Of a DNA stretch of 64,000 nucleotides, positions 56,346 through 64,000 are shown piece after piece. Location: NCBI GenBank assembly GCA_003707115.1, contig PPNB01000007.1, positions 186,001-250,000 of the forward strand, in the 5' to 3' direction. The notes below the pieces were generated by a model. It was not told the DNA's origin. It made no database searches and saw only the letters and a program-made list of their open reading frames with translations. Made by a program: the position numbers and the translations under genes. This DNA is from Tortispora ganteri. Its lineage: Eukaryota. Every line of letters begins with the position of its first letter. Position 1 is the first letter of the stretch.

Positions 56346-56999
56346 TTATACTTCCATTGTACCAGCCGGTTCGTCGTCTGAGTCGAAGGAACCAACAGAA
56401 CTCATCTCGACCTCCTCGTCGTCGTCATCTTGCATGTCCAACGCGGCCTTTGATGCATATTTAGCGACATACTCTTTCACCTTAGCGTCGTATGCCTTTT
56501 GATCCCGTGAGAAAAGGCCAGCCGCATGGCAGTTTAGCGGATCAGTTGGGTTCGGATATCTTAACAGCTGAGGAAGAAACACCTCAATAATGTTCACCAT
56601 ATCAAACATTGGGCTCCAGGTCTGGTTTATGACGTCTAGACAAACTGAACCGGACAGTTCATCAATGTTTGGATGAAAAATGCGATTGACAAAGCCAATG
56701 GATGGACTTTTGTAGGGATACTGATCCGGCAGTTCTACGTGAATTTTCCATAAACCACCTTGGAAAGGTGTATCTGATGGTCCGTCAAATCTCACGTAAA
56801 ACTCCTGCATATTGTCATTCACCAAGGTCACCTCATAATCGCTCATCAGCAATTTCATTACGTCGGTCTCAATCCTTCGCTTAGGAGAACTGAATGGCAT
56901 TTGGTTAATATTTTCTCTCTTTTCTGATCACATTCACTGTAGTAGTGTAGCAAGGTACTGAAACGGCAAATGTGGACAGTGTGTTATCACTTACCTCAT
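56346..56999 (-). CDS. UBC8: Ubiquitin-conjugating enzyme Ubc8 (GID complex E2), two exons (56999-56995; 56889-56346)
   Basis: Splicing ATGAG|GTAAGT...TATTAAC...CAG|T gives [35 protein letters not shown]; acidic tail. Confidence 0.95.
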
Positions 57000-57850
57000 A
57001 CTGGTCACTCTTTGAGCTCTTAGTAGTTATCACGATCTCTTAAATTACTTTAGCGTTGAAAGATAAAAAGGCAGTTCGGGTCAAAAAGCAGTATCAGATT
57101 CTTCGAGTGAAAAGTTGCCTCTCTGTCTGTGATAAAAGGGCTCGCTCCCCTCTCCCTTTATATCATTTTCCCCATACGCCCGCAGCGGCTTATTTCTCCC
57201 ATGTTTCCATTTCTGGCTCTACCTGTCTGATCCATGGCAACCCCTTCAAGAACACATTGGGGTTAACCTCGTGTCTTTCCTATTAACATGACCATATAAC
57301 TGCTCACAATTTTTTTAAAAAGATACGTCTGAGCGACGTGATAAGCTGAAAAACTCGCATCGCTTTATCGCCTTATATACTGCATTTTTATATCACACGT
57401 CAGCGGCATTCAACTTCTAATCCCGTTCGTATGCTGTGAAACTCCCAACAAAATCTGGGGAAACTCCGCTTGCTTGATTCATGCATTTACGTCTAAAACA
57501 CACGTGCTCTCCTTTGATAACAATGATCTGATGTATATTTTGCTGCAAATACGTAGGCCTATGAGCATTTGCAATAATGTGATACTTTTAGAAGCGATTT
57601 ATTATTAAACTCTTCTAAATCCAGCCATTTTAGCTTTCATTCCAAGAAGGTACCGAAGATGACCCAACTCTAATCTATTGAACCTTATACCGCGGTGAAC
57701 TTGTCACACATATCACTACCACCATTGCACTCCTCACACGAAAATTTTACACTTTCAGGCCAGTAACATATATATATATATATTTATATTTATATCACAG
57801 ATTTTTGGCCCTTGATACTCTTTTTATAACTGGTTTTTGTGTTGGCCTAC

Positions 57851-58810
57851 ATGTTACGTTGGACTAGCGCTGCAATTGCTATAACGTGCCGACACGGCCC
57901 CATTCGGACCTATAGTCATCATGTGGTTACCAAGAGCGTCACATTGCCTGATTTGGTCGATAAATACAGGCGCAATGAGAAAATTGTTGCAATTACCGCG
58001 TATGATTATATAACAGGAACTATTGCGAACAAAGCTGCCGTGGACTTTGTCCTTGTCGGCGACTCACTCGCAATGGTCGCTTTAGGTCTGCCTTCTACTT
58101 CCACTCTCACTATGAATGAGATGCTCCACCACTGTCGTGCAGTATCTAGGGCTGTAGATGGACCTCTTATAGTTGGAGACTTGCCGTATGGATCATATGA
58201 GCCGTCTAACGAGAAGGCTGTCGAGTCCAGCCTTCGAATGATCCGCGAAGGAGGCAGGGTGCAGGCCATAAAGCTTGAAGGAGGGGCCAGAATGTATTCT
58301 CGGGTACAAGCCATTGTTAATGACGCTGAAATACCTGTCCTAGGCCATATTGGCTTGACTCCTCAAAAGACGGGTCATGTAGGGGGGTTTAAGACCCAAG
58401 GTAAATCCGTTGAAGCTGTGGAAAAACTACTAGATGATGCTTTGGCTTTACAGGACGCCGGGTGTTTTGGAATTGTCATAGAGGCTGTTCCTGGTGCTGT
58501 CGCTAAATTTATTACAGATAAATTAAACATACCTACCATTGGAATTGGCGCTGGAAAGCACACATCTGGACAGATATTGGTTATGCCTGATATGCTGGGT
58601 TACTACGATAAGTTTACTCCAAAATTTGTTAAAAAGTACTCTAATTGTTTGGATATTTGCACCGATGCAGTAAAGACTTATGCGGAAGAGGTCGTCAGTG
58701 AACAATTTCCTTCTGCTGAACATTCTTTCAGTTTGTCAGAGAAACAAATGAAAGCTTTTGAGCTGTACGTTGATGAGGTCAATTCTCGAGCAATTGACCA
58801 AGAGAACTAA
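57851..58810 (+). CDS. ECM31: 3-methyl-2-oxobutanoate hydroxymethyltransferase (PanB)
   Basis: TAYDY, LVGDSL.MV.LG, D.PYGSY, KLEGG, GHIGLTPQ, PTIGIGAG. First ATG at 57851. Confidence 0.95.
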   Translation: MLRWTSAAIAITCRHGPIRTYSHHVVTKSVTLPDLVDKYRRNEKIVAITAYDYITGTIANKAAVDFVLVGDSLAMVALGLPSTSTLTMNEMLHHCRAVSRAVDGPLIVGDLPYGSYEPSNEKAVESSLRMIREGGRVQAIKLEGGARMYSRVQAIVNDAEIPVLGHIGLTPQKTGHVGGFKTQGKSVEAVEKLLDDALALQDAGCFGIVIEAVPGAVAKFITDKLNIPTIGIGAGKHTSGQILVMPDMLGYYDKFTPKFVKKYSNCLDICTDAVKTYAEEVVSEQFPSAEHSFSLSEKQMKAFELYVDEVNSRAIDQEN

Positions 58811-58857
58811 TATTGGTTACAGCATCAGTTCCGATAGCGGTAATTATAGCATGTGTA

Positions 58858-59751
58858 TTACGGGTATTCTTGGTCCGTTCCATTGACCTCGCTGTACTGT
58901 CCGTTACTGCTGGGATATCCCACTAGCGCTCGCAATACGGAAGGCGTTTCAGCGTATGGAAGATATGGATCCGGCCCGGTAATTGCTGGGAAAAATTTCC
59001 TGTAAGAGAACAATGCCATCGCTATTCCAATAAGGCTCCCGACAGTGACGTCAACCAAACCGTGGCGGTAGTCCATTGTTCTAGAAATTGCAACAAGACC
59101 AGCTCCAAGTACTGGAAGCATCGATAACAAAGCTTTAAACATTGCAACACCTGGTGTAGAGACCATTAGCTGTCCAAAAAGCCATAGAGTCAGGTAGAAC
59201 AACCCAGAGAATGCACTCGATGAATGGCCTGAGGGCATTGATCGCATACCATCCGCCAGTCGTTCAAGGTGGGTCGTAGTGCAAACTGCTACAGTTACCA
59301 GTCCGTGGTGAGGAGTATTTGGAGCCGGTTCGCAGCGAGCAATGAAATCTGGACGCGGTTGGCCAAGAAAGTTCTTGAATATAGATGTGATGAAACCCGC
59401 AAGCGTAAGCGATGTGACGAGGCCTAGTACAGAAATTAGGAGCAAGTGAACCCTGCTGTATTGAGGGTGCTTCTCTCTCCGACGGGTTACGGGGATTAGT
59501 AGACAGGAGATTGTCATTACGATAATTGGCACACCCGTAGATAGAAAAGCACACATTCTGCCACTTACTCTTTGATCCTTAACGTAGGGATATTGTATGT
59601 GTCTATCGTCTAAGGAAAACATGCGGTAGAAGGGGTCATTCGATTCAAGGAAATACGAGACGCCGAATAGTACCAGAGCAAAAATCCAGTCCACTCCGTA
59701 GAACGCATTGACTATATCCCATGATCTCTGTATTAGCTCTAGCGCTGTCAT
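58858..59751 (-). CDS. DPP1: PAP2-family diacylglycerol pyrophosphate/lipid phosphate phosphatase
   Basis: K......RP (KNFLGQPRP), PSGH, SR..DYRH motifs with about 6 TM segments. Confidence 0.88.
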   Translation of the reverse strand: MTALELIQRSWDIVNAFYGVDWIFALVLFGVSYFLESNDPFYRMFSLDDRHIQYPYVKDQRVSGRMCAFLSTGVPIIVMTISCLLIPVTRRREKHPQYSRVHLLLISVLGLVTSLTLAGFITSIFKNFLGQPRPDFIARCEPAPNTPHHGLVTVAVCTTTHLERLADGMRSMPSGHSSSAFSGLFYLTLWLFGQLMVSTPGVAMFKALLSMLPVLGAGLVAISRTMDYRHGLVDVTVGSLIGIAMALFSYRKFFPAITGPDPYLPYAETPSVLRALVGYPSSNGQYSEVNGTDQEYP

Positions 59752-60927
59752 TGTCAGAGTCTTAAAGAGTGCTCAATGACGTTAGAATGCTTTGTTAACG
59801 GTCAGGAGGGCAAGAAGCTGATACTGCCCGTGTACGATGATGTCCCAGTAGACAAGGCTACGTAGTACCTTGGGCCCCTGGAAACAGCTGATTGGAGGAA
59901 AATGTCAAATTAAGTTTCACGAAGACGAAATATATGTGATTGGTTGATGTAAAACTTATAATCTGCAAGTCTATGGAAAGATCGTCATTCGTATGTCTTT
60001 ACTCCTACTCTTAACAGAGTATAAGTAAGCTAAAGTGAAGTAAGTATTGAGAGTTCAACTAAGATATGACAGGTAGCAGCAATTGCGTTAGTGCTATCGG
60101 TACAATTGGTGCGGCTAGCCTTATGTATCTATGCATATCATATCAGGTTAGCCTACTGCAATTCATTCTTCAAATTGGTATCCCGCTGCCCTCACTATTT
60201 ACATCTAGGTGATATACCTCAATATTCCTCTAGTAGATACTATAAATAGCAGACATTTGTTCATATCTCTGTTTTATGCCGGCCATATCTCGTATAGGGT
60301 TACAAACCTGTCTGTGGAGTGTCGGCTTTGAGTATTATTTCGACAATAAGCAAAAGAAATTGCTGACCCGTGATGTTTCCTTATGCCACTTTTATGTGAA
60401 AGCATAGCCAGTCTATTGATGTCCAAGCAAGAACTCGTCCGAGGAGTTATAGACAGCTTCGTATAAAGAGCTATGATCTTTGAGTTCCTATACATATAAA
60501 ATGCATGTGTAGGTATGCAAACATTGTATTGGTTATAAACTGTATATTGAATATCATATATATAATTCGAACGTATATGTATATAGAGCGTATATGTATA
60601 TCAATTTAATGGACCATTATGCTTGCTGAACAATATAGAAGAAGTGATAATGGTAAGTCCCAAATTCCAGGAACCAGGTAGTATTAAGTTGCAAGAAGAA
60701 TTACTCCAAGACTCTAAGACTTTTTAAACAAAGAACAAAGCGAATGAATGTCTGTAACTACAAATTAGTTATGCTGTATTTATAATATTGTAACAACAGC
60801 ACAATATGCAACTCTGATAGATGCAAATATTGGTTTGTTATGTGTACTGCATGCACGCGACAGGATTAACTTGATCTGACAAATCTCCCAGGCCTTTAAA
60901 GGCGACCTTTCGACAACCCCCGCCCAC

Positions 60928-62334
60928 ATGATGGACAGCAGCGTTAATAGTACACCAGTGCCTGAATCGCCGACCGAGGATCATCCACAACCGGTTAACG
61001 GCGAGCCAATACCTGAATCTAAGTTGGTAATAGGATGTAAAGTCATGGCTGATAAGGATGGCGCCTACAGACAAGCCGAGATCTTGGCTATGCACACCAA
61101 GAAAGGCCGGCCAGTGGTGTATGTACATTATCAAGACTATAACAAGCGTCTGGACGAATGGATATCGATGGAAAAGATTGACTTGACTAAACCTGTAGAA
61201 TGGCCTAAAGTTGAGAAAAAGAAGAAATTGTCAGGAGCCGCAAGCAAGGCGTCCGAAAAGGCTAAAGCACGACGAGAAGCAGAGCGAAAGAAAAAGGGAC
61301 CACTTTTGCAGACGGCATCTGAAGCTTCCACAGCAGCTGCATCGCCTGCAAGCTCAACAGATATGGTAGATCTTGATTCAGTCAACACACACACACACAT
61401 GTCATCTATTACGCATGAGGAAGAGGTAGAGAAACTAAGAACGACAGGCTCCATGTCGCAAAACAAGCCAGAGTCTGCCCGCGTAAGGAACATTGACAAG
61501 ATTCAGATGGGCAAATTTGAAGTGGACCCCTGGTACTTTAGTCCATATCCTGTAGAACTCACGGAAGAAGATCTTATCTATATCTGCGAGTTCTGTCTTT
61601 GCTATTTTGGAAACAAGCACCAGTTTCACAGACACACGGAAAAATGCAATCTGCTCCACCCACCAGGTAATGAAATATACCGCGACGACTATGTCTCCTT
61701 CTTTGAAATCGATGGCCGCAGGCAGAGAACATGGTGCAGAAATCTTTGTCTGCTTTCCAAACTGTTCCTCGATCATAAAACTCTTTACTACGATGTTGAT
61801 CCGTTCTTATTCTACTGCATGACACAAAGAGATGAGAAGGGACATCATCTAGTGGGATACTTCTCGAAAGAGAAAGAGTCGGCAGAAGGTTACAATGTCG
61901 CTTGTATTTTAACGCTACCGCAATACCAGCGAGGCGGATTTGGTAGACTCCTGATAAATTTTTCTTACGAGCTTTCAAAAGTTGAGAAAAAGCTAGGATC
62001 TCCAGAGAAACCTCTCTCTGATCTTGGTTTGCTATCATATCGTGCTTATTGGGCAGATTCGATTATTTCGCTACTCGTAGAGCAGCAGAACAAAGAGGCT
62101 ACGATTGAGGATATATCGAATACCCTAGCAATGACCACAACAGACGTATTGCATACTCTTCAGGCATTAGGATTGCTGCGGTATTACAAGGGCCAGCACA
62201 TCATATGTCTAACTAACACAGCGCTTCAGCATTATGAAAGAAGCCAGAAGAAGAAGAGAAGAACCATAGATCCTTCTAAGCTACATTGGAAGCCACCAGT
62301 TTTTACAGCTGCTCAGCTGCGGTTTGCATGGTAG
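60928..62334 (+). CDS. ESA1: NuA4 MYST histone acetyltransferase
   Basis: Chromo/Tudor YVHY..YNKRLDEW, WYFSPYP, LFLDHKTLYYDVDPF, GSPEKPLSDLG. Confidence 0.97.
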   Translation: MMDSSVNSTPVPESPTEDHPQPVNGEPIPESKLVIGCKVMADKDGAYRQAEILAMHTKKGRPVVYVHYQDYNKRLDEWISMEKIDLTKPVEWPKVEKKKKLSGAASKASEKAKARREAERKKKGPLLQTASEASTAAASPASSTDMVDLDSVNTHTHMSSITHEEEVEKLRTTGSMSQNKPESARVRNIDKIQMGKFEVDPWYFSPYPVELTEEDLIYICEFCLCYFGNKHQFHRHTEKCNLLHPPGNEIYRDDYVSFFEIDGRRQRTWCRNLCLLSKLFLDHKTLYYDVDPFLFYCMTQRDEKGHHLVGYFSKEKESAEGYNVACILTLPQYQRGGFGRLLINFSYELSKVEKKLGSPEKPLSDLGLLSYRAYWADSIISLLVEQQNKEATIEDISNTLAMTTTDVLHTLQALGLLRYYKGQHIICLTNTALQHYERSQKKKRRTIDPSKLHWKPPVFTAAQLRFAW

Positions 62335-62393
62335 CGAGCTAATGAATGTAAAATACTGCAACATTAAATAAACGAAATGGATTAGATTTGATG

Positions 62394-64000
62394 TCATGAC
62401 GTTGCCGTTGGTTTGACTGCAGTCTTTTTCTTTGCCTTTGGTTTGGCAGATTTGCTACGTTTAGTCTCAAGCAGGCGCTCCATTTCAGCCTGACACAAAC
62501 CAGCCAAATGACGAGCCTCTTCTCGGCAAGTGAATATTTCAGGTAGTCTATAGGAAATCCATAGGTAGGAATTTAAGCCCATATGGAGAACCTCGAGGTC
62601 CTTGAGCAGTTCTGAAGAGTCTGTAGTCTGGTCCACGATTTTAGAAATTACAAGATCTTTCATGCTGATAGGCGTAACTGGTTCGCCCTTCTGCACTGCT
62701 CTGACGAAATTGTCCATGAGCTTGACAAGCCTTCTGTCTCGGCCAACAGGAACAGGAGCCTGGCAGCATGTGACAAGCTCTTCTATCGTCAACACATCAG
62801 AAGGGCCAGTAATGCAAGAAGCTGTGTCTACCATTCCAGAGATTCCACATAAGTAGAACATGTCCGATGCGGACGAATTAGGAGACTTAGCTATTGTATC
62901 AAAGACGACAGAAGGGGGAACCGTAGCGTCAAAAGCAGATATGAGGTCAGAGAAAAGTTGACCTCCAGGCATAATGCCTGCTTGTGTAATAGGTTCAGGT
63001 TCTGTCTGCATACATTGTTTTATATAATCATAATGTCTGGCATGAAACGTGGTAACCAAACCAGGAGTAGCTTTTGGAGCGCCGAACTTGAATCTACCAG
63101 CTCGGCCACCAATCTGACGAGCATGTGGTGGGTCTATTAAATTGAGGTTTTCTCCGTCAAATTTCTCTGCTGCAGTGAATATCACCCGGTCTATACTCAG
63201 ATTGAGACCCATACCGATAGCATCTGATGCAATCAAGATATCATAGCCAGATTTGGGGTCGTTAAAGTGTGCCGCCTGCGACGCTCGTACTTCAGGTGGT
63301 AATGCGCCATATATAATTGCGCATCTGAATTTGGTCTCCCTTTCGACTCTGGCCTTCCATTCGAATATGGACCTGCGCGAGAAGGCGACCAAACAGTCAC
63401 CGGGACGCAAGTTGTCTAGCGATATTACCGGAGATTTATCCATTTCTAGAGGGCTTAAACGCTCGTAGTAATTCACTTCTATTTCGTCGCCCACGAGCGC
63501 CGCAAGCGACTTCAAGAACGGGACCGTGCGGGTCTCTCCACACAGATGGATCTCTTTAGCTTGCAAGCCAAGCAACGCCTGTGTCCAGGCAAACCCACGA
63601 CCAGGGTCAGCAATCATTTGTATTTCATCCAAAACTGCAGCATCTACCACCGTACTGAGACTGACCATCTCCATTGTAGACGAAGATAACGGGGCGACTG
63701 ATCCGTGTTCGTCGATATCGTAGGATATCTCTTCCCCTGTAATCAGGTTACATCTCGTTCCCTGGGCTCTAAATCTGTCAGATACTTCACGAGCTAGTAG
63801 ACGCAGAGGTCCTCCGAATAAGCCGCTTTTGACGGTTTTCAAGCGCTGCAGCGCGTTGTATGTCTTACCTGAGTTCGTAGGCCCGGCATGGACAATCCAC
63901 TTGCGGCGCATAGCACGTGCTTTGGGGTAAGCCTCCCAGGGAGCATCTAAGTACTCTCGGAGAGATGATTGCAGCTTTTGAGAGACATGGACATGCCCTT
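62394..64000 (-). CDS. SUV3: Mitochondrial RNA helicase Suv3 (5'-truncated; the frame stays open to the window edge)
   Basis: GPTNSGKT, GPLRLLARE, DEIQM, YGALPPE.R, SDAIGMGLNL, QIGGRAGR. Confidence 0.95.
   Translation of the reverse strand, partial: GHVHVSQKLQSSLREYLDAPWEAYPKARAMRRKWIVHAGPTNSGKTYNALQRLKTVKSGLFGGPLRLLAREVSDRFRAQGTRCNLITGEEISYDIDEHGSVAPLSSSTMEMVSLSTVVDAAVLDEIQMIADPGRGFAWTQALLGLQAKEIHLCGETRTVPFLKSLAALVGDEIEVNYYERLSPLEMDKSPVISLDNLRPGDCLVAFSRRSIFEWKARVERETKFRCAIIYGALPPEVRASQAAHFNDPKSGYDILIASDAIGMGLNLSIDRVIFTAAEKFDGENLNLIDPPHARQIGGRAGRFKFGAPKATPGLVTTFHARHYDYIKQCMQTEPEPITQAGIMPGGQLFSDLISAFDATVPPSVVFDTIAKSPNSSASDMFYLCGISGMVDTASCITGPSDVLTIEELVTCCQAPVPVGRDRRLVKLMDNFVRAVQKGEPVTPISMKDLVISKIVDQTTDSSELLKDLEVLHMGLNSYLWISYRLPEIFTCREEARHLAGLCQAEMERLLETKRSKSAKPKAKKKTAVKPTATS

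Noticed and set aside
59752..60927. Possible C/D snoRNA in the DPP1/ESA1 gap (ATGATG...CTGA near 59836-59891)
   Set aside because: Imperfect box C, no terminal stem, and no rRNA-complementary guide recognised.

Overview
Compact, intron-poor genome segment of an ascomycete budding yeast using the standard genetic code (CTG is read as Leu at conserved RPB1 positions). Xanthine dehydrogenase, an RBM42 homolog and a Homol-D ribosomal-protein promoter suggest an early-diverging Saccharomycotina lineage (inference). About 34 protein-coding genes, mostly housekeeping, run from a 5'-truncated RPB1 to a 5'-truncated SUV3. I found no tRNA, rRNA, CRISPR array or intact transposon. Two things stand out. 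(1) The proteasome beta4 gene PRE1 is fused in frame, via a 29-aa Gly/Ser/Ala/Pro linker, to a tubulin-folding cofactor A (TBCA/Rbl2)-like domain, which could display a beta-tubulin-binding module on the 20S proteasome. (2) A 7.2-kb AT-rich gene-free interval lies between two convergent genes. It is enriched for a dispersed (A)TGTGGCG/CGCCACA(T) motif and carries a 28-bp tandem repeat, making it a candidate regional centromere. Smaller observations include an HAT2 intron with only non-YAG in-frame acceptors, a UBC8 intron with a backup in-frame ATG, PCK1 lying next to its GID-pathway E2 (UBC8), and a Gln7-dominated Pol II CTD. All family assignments come from motif recognition by eye; no searches were run.
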